From positions 28,880 to 92,879 of the forward strand of contig CAYIIH010000002.1 of NCBI GenBank assembly GCA_964363225.1: a stretch of 64,000 nucleotides of DNA. The letters are read 5' to 3'. Origin of the DNA: an uncultured Verrucomicrobiota bacterium. Its GTDB lineage: Bacteria > Verrucomicrobiota > Verrucomicrobiia > Limisphaerales > CAYIIH01. A program made the position numbers and the translations under genes. This document shows positions 1 to 8,630 of this stretch, in pieces. A model generated the notes under the pieces. It was not told the origin of the DNA. It did not search any database and saw only the letters and a program-made list of their open reading frames with translations. Within the stretch, counting starts at the first letter, position 1; each line of letters begins with the position of its first letter.

Positions 1-751
1 CGGCGCCACTGAAGTCCAGCGACTGCCACGGATAGAGCGAGTGCGCCTGGCCGTGGCTGCTGCGCCAGACCAGGTAGCAGCAGGCCGGTTGGTAGAGCGT
101 GGCCTCCACCCAAAGCTTTGTCTGGAAACGAACCGGGAGGGCACCCGGCTCGCGGGCGGAAACGAACCTGCGCTGGCGGTCGCTCCACACCCAGACGTCC
201 AGGTCTGCTTCCGGTGCGATCGGCGCCTCTGCATTGGCGATTTCACGAGCGAGCTTTTCGTAATCGTCGGCGGCGGGCTTGCCATCGACGAGGACGGAGA
301 ACTTCGCGCTGTTCCAACAAGGATTGAGCGTGACTTGGTAGATGGTCCGGCCCGCTTTGTCAGTCTCCTTGCTGAGTTGGAAGTAAGTCGTTTGAAGCTG
401 GGCCTTGCCCGGGAGAGGAAACATCGTCGTCAACCACGCTGGTTGTTTGCGCACCATGTCCCACAGGGCGCTGGCCAGGCTGCCTTGCGCGCCTTCGAGG
501 AGGAAAGGATTGAACTTGCCCTCGGCGAAGGAGCGCAGGAGCAGCACGGCGAGTCCTTTGGCGGGAGCGTGCCAGGGAAAGATGCGCGACTTCAACTCGT
601 GCGCCGGATAGCGACCGGCCAACTCACCGACGTGAAAACGATCCGCCATCTCGCTGTCGGGCAGGTTGAGAGCCGGGTTCTTGAAGCGGGTCTTCGAGAA
701 GCGCAGTTCTTTCCCCCAGTGATCGAATTCGAGGCGGAGTTCCAGGCTCAT
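1..751 (-). CDS. hypothetical protein, N-terminal part only (gene continues past left edge of window)
   Basis: Minus-strand ATG at 751-749 opens a stop-free frame down to position 1 (MSLELRLEFDHWGKELRFSKTRF...YLVWRSSHGQAHSLYPWQSLDFSGA). Third codon positions are G/C-rich. It is absent from the ORF track because no stop lies inside the window. Preferred over the antisense + ORF 41..1045, whose R/A/G/L-rich translation looks like a shadow ORF. Confidence 0.5.
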   Translation of the reverse strand, partial: MSLELRLEFDHWGKELRFSKTRFKNPALNLPDSEMADRFHVGELAGRYPAHELKSRIFPWHAPAKGLAVLLLRSFAEGKFNPFLLEGAQGSLASALWDMVRKQPAWLTTMFPLPGKAQLQTTYFQLSKETDKAGRTIYQVTLNPCWNSAKFSVLVDGKPAADDYEKLAREIANAEAPIAPEADLDVWVWSDRQRRFVSAREPGALPVRFQTKLWVEATLYQPACCYLVWRSSHGQAHSLYPWQSLDFSGA

Positions 752-1041
752 GCGCTACTAAGTTACGCCCGGCCCTTCGGGCCGGCAAGGCGGAAGGGGC
801 AGACGGTGCCGCTTTGTGGAAGGCGGTGGAACTTGGGTGGAAGCTCGGTGGAATTTTCCAGTCTTACTCCGAGGGCAACAGGTGGAGATCGAGTGGAATC
901 AAAGGTGGAACGCCGACCATTTACACGTCTAAAGCGAGCGGCGAGTGTGCGCGAGTTGCTGAATGGTTCGGACCTGAAGCTGAACATTCAGCCTGCATCG
1001 AAGCGCGCTTCATGCGGGCTGCAAAACAAACAAGCAGACGC

Positions 1042-1413
1042 ATGAAAGAGACAAAACAAACCCAGTTGAGCGCCTCTGGAATCGGAAAAGGCGCACGCGT
1101 GCCAGTCGCGTTTGAAGCTGGTGAAGAAAGCGGAGCCGTGTCGATCCGATTTGCCGGCACGCGGGCACAAACTGCGGGCTTTGAGCCGAAAGGCCAAGCC
1201 GCGTGGGAAGTCGTCGGTGCCGCCGTGGTTGACGCGACCTATGAGTCGTCCGAGGTGGTCTTCGGGGATCACGTGGTGCAGGTCAAAACGCCCGCCGGCT
1301 GGGTGAGCCTGCCGTACGTGGGGCCGCCTCTCAGTCTCGCAGCAGGCGGCAAGCGCGTGGCGGCACAGCCGACCTCGGCCCCGTCGCGGAGCGGCTCGGC
1401 GCCAAGCGTGTGA
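1042..1413 (+). CDS. hypothetical small protein
   Basis: ATG at 1042 (MKETKQTQLSASGIGKG...) inside ORF 814..1413. Its TGA stop overlaps the GTG start of the next ORF (GTGA at 1410-1413), which suggests translational coupling. Confidence 0.4.
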   Translation: MKETKQTQLSASGIGKGARVPVAFEAGEESGAVSIRFAGTRAQTAGFEPKGQAAWEVVGAAVVDATYESSEVVFGDHVVQVKTPAGWVSLPYVGPPLSLAAGGKRVAAQPTSAPSRSGSAPSV

Positions 1414-2396
1414 ACGGCGGCGGCCTGCCGAACTCCACCAGAGAGTTGGCACGGCTGCGAAAGGAGAAGTGCTTGCCGATCCGCCTGCGCGCGATCAACG
1501 CGAGCACGTCGTGGCCGGAGTTGGAGAAGGAGATGGCGGCTCTGGACGTCGGGCACTTTCCGCTCGAACTGCTCCCTGCGCTGACGAACCTGGTCCTGAC
1601 CAACGGCGGCGGCCCGCTGTTGCGCTGGATTTTCAAGTCGCCCGCGCCATCGCCGGCCTCGCTCAACGGCGAGTGGAATCGCGTGAGGGCGTGTGAAGGC
1701 TCGCAGCCGAGCGTCCTGCTGATCAACAGCGCAAGGCCGGAAGCACTGGTTCGCGCCGCCGTGGTGAACAGCCTCCAGCACGGAACCCGCATCTACAGCC
1801 TGGCGACAACTTCACTCCCGGTGGATGACCAAGTTGGACTGTTGTTGAGGAACAGTCGCTTTACCCAGTTCGGCCTTGAGGAGTTCGTGGAGTTGGCTGA
1901 TGCGCTGGGGATTGAGTGCCCCTGTGAAGAACGATTGACGGCTGTGCCGGAAGTGGGTGAGGCCATCGCCGAGCTGGTTCAAACGTTGCCGTTCCCTCCG
2001 TGCGGTCTCGTGGTGACGATGGGTGAGACGGGCATGGTCATTTACGACGCGCAGAAGGGCTGCATCTGTCACGTGGGGCTGAGCCGGGAGGGCCGCGCCG
2101 CCACGCGAAACTATTTGCGGCCGGACAAGATCCCCGGCATCGGTGACCGCACCTTCGCGGCGCTGGTCCTCGCATACGATACAACCACCGTCGCCCCGGA
2201 AAGCTCGCGGCTGGTTCGCGCCGCACGTCAGGCGTGGGCCGATGTCCTGCAGGGCTCCGGGCCGTTTCTCCAGCCCAAGCCGGTTTGGTTCCAAGTCACC
2301 GTGCTGAAGTGCGGGTGCTTCGGGGTGAGGTGGACTCAATTGCCGCTCGCGCAAATTGCGCAACCGGATGTCGGCTGGTCGGAACAGGCGCTGTGA
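1410..2396 (+). CDS. hypothetical protein; weak PfkB/ribokinase-like C-terminal motifs
   Basis: 328-aa ORF. VVTMGETGMVIYD and PGIGDRTFAALVLAY loosely resemble PfkB sugar-kinase motifs. The function call is weak. Confidence 0.55.
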   Translation: MNGGGLPNSTRELARLRKEKCLPIRLRAINASTSWPELEKEMAALDVGHFPLELLPALTNLVLTNGGGPLLRWIFKSPAPSPASLNGEWNRVRACEGSQPSVLLINSARPEALVRAAVVNSLQHGTRIYSLATTSLPVDDQVGLLLRNSRFTQFGLEEFVELADALGIECPCEERLTAVPEVGEAIAELVQTLPFPPCGLVVTMGETGMVIYDAQKGCICHVGLSREGRAATRNYLRPDKIPGIGDRTFAALVLAYDTTTVAPESSRLVRAARQAWADVLQGSGPFLQPKPVWFQVTVLKCGCFGVRWTQLPLAQIAQPDVGWSEQAL

Positions 2397-2411
2397 ACCC
2401 AGCACCAACGC

Positions 2412-2448
2412 GACGCCCGCCGAGAGGTCCCGGCGGGCGTCTTGTTCG
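2412..2448 (+). terminator. putative intrinsic terminator (GC-rich hairpin)
   Basis: gacgcccgccg (2412-2422) pairs perfectly with cggcgggcgtc (2431-2441). An 8-nt loop separates them and cttgttcg follows. It lies between convergent genes ending at 2396 (+) and 2590 (-). Confidence 0.5.
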
Positions 2449-2589
2449 CGCGCCCTTGTGCCTCTTTGCGGCGAGAAAACCCCTGGTTTGAAATGTGTTC
2501 AGTGAGTCGCCGAACACGACAGGCGGGTCGCCTGTGCTACCCAGTTGCGGCAAAGGATTTCGTGTGTTTCGCGTCTTTCGTGGTTCCCC

Positions 2590-3888
2590 TTACTCCGTCA
2601 CCTTGAACTTCTTCAGCGCGTGTTCGTCCACCGTGATGCCGAGGCCGGGGATGTTTTCGTCCAGGTCAATGAAGCCGTCCTGGGGCGTCGGCTCGCCTTT
2701 GAAGATGTACCAGAACAGTTCGTTGCCGACTTCGACGTCCACGGGCGGGAAGAACTCGGCCATCGGCGAATTCAAGCTGGCCATCACGACGTGATAATTG
2801 TGCATCTGGCCGGCGTGCGGGATGACCGGAATCTGGTGCGCCTCGGCCAGCGCCGCGATCTTGCGCGCTTGCGTGAGGCCCCCGACGCGGTTCGTGTCGA
2901 ACTGGATGTAATCCACCGCGTGAGCTTCGATGAGTTCGCGGAAGCCGTAAAGAGTGTGCTCGTGCTCGCCGCCGGCGATGGGGATGCGGCCAAAGCGTTT
3001 CAACTCGGCGTAGCCGTGGATGTCGTCGGGGATGACGGGTTCTTCGAGCCAGCGGAGGTGGAACGGTTCGAGCAGCGGCAACATCCGCTTCGCGTAATCG
3101 AGGTTCCAGCCCATGTAGGCGTCGGCCATGATGTCAATGCCGTCGCCGACGGTCTCGCGCACGGTGCGGACGAGCGCGACGTTTTTTTGCATGCCTTCAG
3201 GACCGTCCACCGGACCCCAGCCGAAGCGGAGCTTCATGGCTTTGTAGCCTTCGTTCTTGTACTTCGTCGCTTCGCGCGCAAGTTCGTCGAGCGGCGTGCT
3301 GTAGAGGCGGCTGGCATAAACGGGAATGCGCGGCTTGGTGCGTCCACCGAGCAAACGATAGACGGGTTGCTTGGCGGATTTGCCGAGCAAGTCCCACAGC
3401 GCGATGTCCACGACGCTGATAGCGACCATGGCGATGCCCTTGCGGCCAAAAGCCATCGTCCTGCGATACATGTGTTGCCAGAGAAACTCGGTGTCCCACG
3501 GGTCCGCGCCGATGAGCAGGGGTTTAAGGTAAAGATCGATGACTTGCTTGGTGACGAGCGGCGCGAGTGCGGCGTTGCCGCTGCCGACGAGGCCGTTGTC
3601 GGTGAAGATTTCGCAGATGAGCCAGCCGTGAAAGGTGAACGTGCCCATGCTGGCTGAGGATTTCTCACGGCGCGCTTTCGCCTTGAGATTCGTAGCAGCG
3701 GACGTAAGCCCGCTCACTCTTTCGGGCTGGGAAGGTGGAGCCGACTCACGTCGGCTGCTACGGTCGGAGGGGAACTCTGCGAGCATGGGTGAGAGGACGT
3801 CCATGGGGTTGGTGCAGAAGTGCGGCGGCAGCGGGACGGTCTTGCCTTTCCATTGCACGACGCGGGTGCGGATTTCGGTGATTTTCAT
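2590..3888 (-). CDS. enolase-superfamily (mandelate racemase/muconate lactonizing) sugar-acid dehydratase, L-rhamnonate-dehydratase-like
   Basis: Start moved to ATG 3888 (MKITEIRTRVV...). Enolase-superfamily layout is present: VDIALWDLLGKSAKQPVYRLLGG, MADAYMGWN, RWLEEP, IAGGEHE. An extra segment of about 40 aa is encoded by a palindromic repeat (see repeat 3691..3762). Confidence 0.8.
   Translation of the reverse strand: MKITEIRTRVVQWKGKTVPLPPHFCTNPMDVLSPMLAEFPSDRSSRRESAPPSQPERVSGLTSAATNLKAKARREKSSASMGTFTFHGWLICEIFTDNGLVGSGNAALAPLVTKQVIDLYLKPLLIGADPWDTEFLWQHMYRRTMAFGRKGIAMVAISVVDIALWDLLGKSAKQPVYRLLGGRTKPRIPVYASRLYSTPLDELAREATKYKNEGYKAMKLRFGWGPVDGPEGMQKNVALVRTVRETVGDGIDIMADAYMGWNLDYAKRMLPLLEPFHLRWLEEPVIPDDIHGYAELKRFGRIPIAGGEHEHTLYGFRELIEAHAVDYIQFDTNRVGGLTQARKIAALAEAHQIPVIPHAGQMHNYHVVMASLNSPMAEFFPPVDVEVGNELFWYIFKGEPTPQDGFIDLDENIPGLGITVDEHALKKFKVTE
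3691..3762. repeat. REP-like palindromic element embedded in frame in the dehydratase CDS
   Basis: cgtagcagcggacgt (3691-3705) and acgtcggctgctacg (3748-3762) form a 14/15 inverted repeat. An inner hairpin agccgac-tcac-gtcggct is also present. Related copies are intergenic at 24340-24363 and 39911-39929. Confidence 0.6.
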
Positions 3889-3896
3889 GGGTTTCC

Positions 3897-4136
3897 TTAA
3901 AATTTGGCCGGCAAGGGTTGAAGCGAACAAACGAACGTCAGCATGACCAGGAACGCGATGATCGGCAGCGAACCGGCCATGACCGGCAGCGGCGCATAGC
4001 AGCAGCCGTGATCCAGGAGTTGGCCGGCAAGTCGTCCAAGATCAACGCCGTCCACGGCGCCGCCGGGGCCCGCGAGTGCGGCGACTGGGCCAACCGCACG
4101 CTTCGGCAAAAGGTCTGCGGGCAAAATCATAATCAA
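3897..4136 (-). CDS. possible small membrane protein
   Basis: 79-aa ORF that exactly fills the gap between the SDR and dehydratase genes on the same strand. It has a hydrophobic C-terminus (SLPIIAFLVMLTFVCSL). No recognisable family. Confidence 0.3.
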   Translation of the reverse strand: MIMILPADLLPKRAVGPVAALAGPGGAVDGVDLGRLAGQLLDHGCCYAPLPVMAGSLPIIAFLVMLTFVCSLQPLPAKF

Positions 4137-4161
4137 CGTCGTCCAGGCGATGGGACCCCAT

Positions 4162-4992
4162 CTACAACCTTCTCAGATGAAATCCGCCGTCCACGTTGAT
4201 GACTTCGCCGGTGCTGAACGGCAGCAAATCCTGGGCGATGGCTGCGACTGCTTTGCCCACGTCTTCCGGCGTGCCCCAACGTTGCAGAGGCGTCAGGCCG
4301 TCAGCGATGAGCCGGTCGTATTTTTCCTTGACGGCGCTGGTCATGTCGGTCGCCACAAGGCCGGGCCGGATTTCGTAAACATTGACGCCGTGTTCGGCCA
4401 AGCGTGAAGCATAGAGGGGGGTGAGCATGGAAAGCGCTGCCTTGGCGATGCAATAGTCGCCCCGGTTTAGGGAGGCCGTGTAAGCGCTGATCGAGGAGAT
4501 GGTGACAATCTTCGGTCTGCCGAGAGCCTGGCCGCATTTTTCTTTCAGGGCCGGCGAGGAACTGCTTGTTCCCTGTTGGACTTGTTCAATCATCCACTTG
4601 GCAGCGAGTTGGGTCAGGAAATAGGGTCCTTTCACGTTGATGCTGATGAGGCGGTCAAAACTCTCCTCTCCGGCCTCTAAAATGTCGGCTCGGGCGTCGG
4701 GGGCAACCCCGGCATTGTTCACCAGCAGATCGAGCCGTCCGAATGTCGTCTTCGTGAATGCGATCAATCGCTGCCGGTCAGGAGCCAGGGCAATATCAGC
4801 CTGACAAGGTTCCGCGCGCATTTCCCTGCCTTGGCCGGCGGCGCGCCGCCGGCACTCGGCGGCGGTTTGTTGGGCGGCGATCTCCTGACGGGCGTAATTG
4901 ATGACCAGGTCGTAGCCAAGGCCAGCCAATTCCAGGGCAATGCCCCGTCCAATTCCTCGCGAGGCGCCTGTAATTAATGCAACCGGATTCAT
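4162..4992 (-). CDS. short-chain dehydrogenase/reductase (SDR) family oxidoreductase
   Basis: [12 protein letters not shown] (TGxxxGxG), NNAG, and S...YCIAK (YxxxK) motifs. Confidence 0.85.
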   Translation of the reverse strand: MNPVALITGASRGIGRGIALELAGLGYDLVINYARQEIAAQQTAAECRRRAAGQGREMRAEPCQADIALAPDRQRLIAFTKTTFGRLDLLVNNAGVAPDARADILEAGEESFDRLISINVKGPYFLTQLAAKWMIEQVQQGTSSSSPALKEKCGQALGRPKIVTISSISAYTASLNRGDYCIAKAALSMLTPLYASRLAEHGVNVYEIRPGLVATDMTSAVKEKYDRLIADGLTPLQRWGTPEDVGKAVAAIAQDLLPFSTGEVINVDGGFHLRRL

Positions 4993-5096
4993 GATGATCT
5001 CCGCTGAAAATAGAACTCACAGCGCTAAACGGAAGACTATTTTGCAGTTGGCAAGAAAAACCTCAAGCAAGTGCATGTTCACCTGAGAAAATGCGC

Positions 5097-5124
5097 TTGC
5101 CGCCCCTCCGCACCGGCCTAGACT
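5097..5124 (+). promoter_or_regulatory. putative sigma70-type promoter (TTGCCG-N16-TAGACT)
   Basis: ttgccg at 5097-5102, 16-nt spacer, tagact at 5119-5124, about 130 nt upstream of the kinase ATG. The same N16/17-TAxxxT layout recurs at 23028, 25152 and 45990. Confidence 0.3.
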
Positions 5125-5256
5125 GGCGAAAATGAGCACGACGGAAAAGCAAATCCCCGCCACCCGTGGAGCGTCAAAAAAGGAAATACCTGTCAATAAC
5201 CTTTCGGCGCTTTTGCCGGAGCAAAGGGCAAGGCATCAACCGGACGGGACAGATTC

Positions 5257-6734
5257 ATGAACACGATCCCAGTTTGCGAAAAATGCGGCGCGCCGCTGCC
5301 CAGCGACGCCCCGCCCGGCCTCTGTCCGAGCTGCAAGATGGCGGCGGCGCTTGAGGCGACCCTAAAGGACTCAAAGGCAAAGGCCGAGCCGGCCGATGGC
5401 ACTTCGTTCCAGCTCAACCCCACCGCAGGCGCGCCGGAACTTGGCACGAAGCTCCGTTACTTCGGCGACTACGAATTGCTTGAGAAGATTGCCCAAGGCG
5501 GCATGGGCATCGTCTATAAGGCCCGCCAAGTCAGTCTCAACCGCACCGTCGCTGTGAAGATGATCCTCAGTGGCCAACTCGCCAACGAAACCGAAAAATC
5601 CGGCGCTTCCTCACCGAGGCCGAGGCGGCGGCCAACCTGCAGCATCCGAACATCGTCGCCATCCACGAGGTTGGCCAGCACGACGGGCAATACTACTTCT
5701 CCATGGACTACGTGGAGGGAAAGAACCTTGCCGATGACACGAAAGAAAACCCGCTGCCGGCCCGTGAGGCGGCGCAACTGGTCAAGACCATTGCCGAAGC
5801 CGTCCACTATGCGCATCAGCGCGGCACGCTGCACCGCGACCTGAAGCCGCAAAACGTGCTGAGGGACGTCGCCGGCCAGCCGCACATCACGGACTTTGGA
5901 TTGGCCAAGCGGATCGAGAAGGAGAGCGGGCTGACGGCGAGCGGCGCGGTACTGGGCAGTCCCAGCTACCTGCCGCCGGAACAGGCGGCGGGCCGGCAGG
6001 ATCAGGCGGGTCCGTCCAGCGACGTGTATTCCATCGGCGCGATTCTTTACGAACTGCTGACCGGCCAACCGCCGTTCCGAGGTGAAACGCCGCTGGCGAC
6101 GCTGATCAAAGTGATCGAAGACGAACCGGCTCGGCCTTCAAAACTCAATCCCCGAGTGCCGTCTGACTTGGAGACGATTTGCCTGAAGTGTTTGGAGAAA
6201 TCGCCCGAACGCCGCTATCCCACGGCGCGCGCCTTGGCCGAAGAGTTGAACCGCTTCCTCAACCACGAGCCGATTCTGGCCCGGCCGGCAAGCCCGCTGC
6301 GCAAGGCCTCGAGTTGGGCGCGAAAGCACCCCTGGACCTTTACCAGCCTTGCAACCTTCATCATTTTGGGGTTGATGACGTTGGCTTATGGCCTGTGGGA
6401 ACAGAATCAACTCCTGCACTGGCAAATGGCGCACCCAGGCAAACCCAAACCCGTCGCGGAGGTGCTGGAAAGGTTCAAGGAAGCTAAGGAGTCAGTTTCT
6501 TTAGAGGTGGCATTGGCTATGAATTTCTTCTTCCTCCTTTATGGGATATGGATGAAAAGGCACTGGGTTCGTGGCACGCGCCCCTCTCCGCTGCTCTTAT
6601 GGGGAGTTCTACTGGCAGGTGTCCTATGGACGGGTTGGGTCCTCTTTTGCGGCGCGCGGCTCATTGCCGCCGTCGTCTGGGCTGACCACCCGGTTGTCTG
6701 GGCTGACCACCCGGTTTTCAGAGTGGGAACCTAG
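5257..6734 (+). pseudogene. membrane-anchored Ser/Thr protein kinase, frame broken by a 1-nt indel (or sequencing error)
   Basis: N-terminal zinc ribbon CEKCGAPL...CPSCK. Kinase motifs [31 protein letters not shown] and SPSYLPPEQ are present, with C-terminal TM segments. The frame shifts at the A5 run 5594-5598; an A6 run would read ...[26 protein letters not shown]... continuously into ORF 5703..6734. Confidence 0.8.
6675..6716 (+). repeat. perfect 21-bp tandem duplication inside the kinase 3' end
   Basis: gtctgggctgaccacccggtt occurs twice (6675-6695 and 6696-6716). It encodes VWADHPV twice, in frame. Confidence 0.9.
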
Positions 6735-6809
6735 ACTTCGCCCTGGCTGGGCTACGGGCTGATCGCCTGGGCTGTTCTAATAGCCGCCTCAAGCCTGTTT
6801 CGCGGTTGG

Positions 6810-7220
6810 TTGAAACGCGGCATGAAGCGAATGGACCCAGCGTCCTCCGGATTCACTTCCGCACGGGCTGTTTCTGAGTTTGCAGTTATGCTGCCGATGA
6901 TGCCGATGCTAGCAATACCTTTGGCGTGTTTGGCGTGTTTGGACCGGGACTGCTTGGTGTTGCTATTTGGTGTCTTCGTAGGGTATTGTCTCATTGCTTC
7001 ACCAGTGGAAACTTACTTCTCTCTGATCGGATCCGGTCTGAAGTGCGACTTTTTCTTGACCAGGGGCTTGTCCGAGGCCCAATCCGAGAAACTCCGAGTT
7101 CTCTTGAACTCGCGCAAAGAGGATGAAGCCGCGAAGTTGCTGGCCGAATGGAAGAACATTACTCCGATCAACGCCCAAAAAGCGATTAGCATTCTGACGA
7201 GGTATGTGAAGAAGAGTTGA
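6810..7220 (+). CDS. hypothetical membrane protein
   Basis: 136-aa ORF in a locally lower-GC stretch. It has a hydrophobic middle and a helical C-terminus (SEAQSEKLRVLLNSRKEDEAAKLLAEWKNI...). The competing minus ORF 7013..7456 overlaps the antitoxin gene and is less plausible. Confidence 0.4.
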   Translation: MKRGMKRMDPASSGFTSARAVSEFAVMLPMMPMLAIPLACLACLDRDCLVLLFGVFVGYCLIASPVETYFSLIGSGLKCDFFLTRGLSEAQSEKLRVLLNSRKEDEAAKLLAEWKNITPINAQKAISILTRYVKKS

Positions 7221-7340
7221 ACCAAGCCGCCGAGTGCAAGCTGCGTTGCCCGTGCAAATAAGCCAGGCATGTCGGGGTGACTCAGATGGATCATGGCGAG
7301 CAACACCACTTGGCATTTGACCATCTGAGGCCTGACTGAC

Positions 7341-7562
7341 ATGGTGACGAAAATGAAAGTGACATCACGTGATTTCCAACGGGATTTTGCCCGCATGAAA
7401 GCCAAAGCGGCTGCTGGAGAAACGGTGTACGTCCTATCCGGACGAGAACAGTTCATCTTTCAAGCAGTGAAGCCTAAGACGTGGCAGGGGGCGCTCAAAG
7501 GCAAGGCCAGGATCACGGGCGACCTATTCAGCACCGGACTGGCCTGGGAGGCGTCGCGGTGA
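7341..7562 (+). CDS. vapB: type II antitoxin (Phd/YefM- or VapB-like) paired with VapC
   Basis: 73-aa ORF (MKVTSRDFQRDFARMKAKAAAGETVYVLSGREQFIF...). Its stop overlaps the GTG start of the PIN toxin (GTGA at 7559-7562). Confidence 0.7.
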   Translation: MVTKMKVTSRDFQRDFARMKAKAAAGETVYVLSGREQFIFQAVKPKTWQGALKGKARITGDLFSTGLAWEASR

Positions 7563-7963
7563 CACACCTGCTGGACACCCATGCGTGGATCCAACGCGCC
7601 TTGGGCGAACCCTTGCCGCTGCTCGTGGAGCAGACGCTGTCGCGGCACGCCGAAACACTCGCTATCGCTGACATCTCGCTCTGGGAAGCAGCCAAGTTGG
7701 TGGAATTGGGACGACTGCAATTATCCGTCCCGCTGGCGGAGTTTTTTCGCCTGGCGATTACCAATGAGTTGACCGTCCTTCCGATCACACCGGCGATTGC
7801 TGATCGGGTCACAGCATTGGAGGCGGCCGGTTTCCACAAAGATCCGGCGGATCAGTTGATCGTCGCGACCGCGTTGGTGCATGGGCTGCGGTTGATCACG
7901 GACGACACTCGCATTCGCCAGTGGGGCGGTGTACCGCTGCTTTGGCGAACCAGCCGCAAATAG
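7559..7963 (+). CDS. vapC: PIN-domain toxin VapC
   Basis: Start moved to GTG 7559 (VTHLLDTHAWIQ...). PIN acidic residues lie in LLDTH, ISLWE and DPADQLIVATAL...LITDD. Confidence 0.8.
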   Translation: MTHLLDTHAWIQRALGEPLPLLVEQTLSRHAETLAIADISLWEAAKLVELGRLQLSVPLAEFFRLAITNELTVLPITPAIADRVTALEAAGFHKDPADQLIVATALVHGLRLITDDTRIRQWGGVPLLWRTSRK

Positions 7964-8090
7964 TGCGGGATGATCCCCGACGCGCCTGCTTTCACCCCAC
8001 AATAGCGAGGCAGCCTAGGCCGCTGGATCCTTACTATTCGATCACCGCCGCACCCCAGGTGGGGCTGGCGCCGAACGCTAAACAGAACAA

Positions 8091-8125
8091 GCCCGTCGCA
8101 GGGCGGTTTATGCCGCGCGACGGGC
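8091..8125 (-). terminator. putative intrinsic terminator hairpin
   Basis: gcccgtcgc (8091-8099) pairs with gcgacgggc (8117-8125). On the minus strand it is followed by ttgttctgttt. It lies downstream of the minus gene ending at 8168 and of vapC (+). Confidence 0.45.
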
Positions 8126-8167
8126 TGTGATTGAGAAAGGGCTGGGTGAGAAGTGGTTAGGAAAGAA

Positions 8168-8503
8168 TTACTTCTTGACCAGATCGATTTTGGTGGCGGT
8201 GAATTCCTTCTTGCCTTTCACTTCCTTGACCGTGCCTTCGGCGGTGACTTGTTCTTTGGTCGTGCAAATGTTCTTGTGGAATGCCCTGCTCACGTCGTTC
8301 TGCACCAGGTAATAGGTGACTTTCTTGCCGTTCTCCTCCACTTTAACGGCGTTTTGGCAGGAATCCGTTTCTTTCAATGAGCATTTGGCGCATTGTCCTT
8401 CGCCTTTGATCGTGACGGTCTTATCGGCCGCGAAGGTTTGGGTGGAGGCGCCCAGCAAGAGCAGCCCGGTGATCGACAGCGCCGCAGCGAATCTTTTCTT
8501 CAT
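8168..8503 (-). CDS. small secreted protein, unknown function
   Basis: 111 aa. Signal peptide MKKRFAAALSITGLLLLGASTQTFA, Lys-rich mature part, and 4 Cys. Confidence 0.65.
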   Translation of the reverse strand: MKKRFAAALSITGLLLLGASTQTFAADKTVTIKGEGQCAKCSLKETDSCQNAVKVEENGKKVTYYLVQNDVSRAFHKNICTTKEQVTAEGTVKEVKGKKEFTATKIDLVKK

Positions 8504-8630
8504 ACTAATTTTCCTTTCATTTTTTTAAAAAGTCTCAAGCGAACTTTTCAGGGGGACGGAGTACGACAATGGGCTTCAAAAAGCAAGAGCCAATTCAATC
8601 TTTACGATTTCTAATATCTCAGCCGGTGCT

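Noticed and set aside
41-1045. 334-aa + strand ORF at the left edge
   Set aside because: The translation is Arg/Ala/Gly/Leu-rich with no motifs, which is typical of a shadow ORF in high-GC DNA. The opposite strand carries a stop-free, codon-biased frame from ATG 751 to the window edge.
7013-7456. 147-aa minus-strand ORF
   Set aside because: It overlaps both the + strand membrane ORF (6810..7220) and the antitoxin gene start region. It has no motifs and is less consistent with neighbouring gene organisation.
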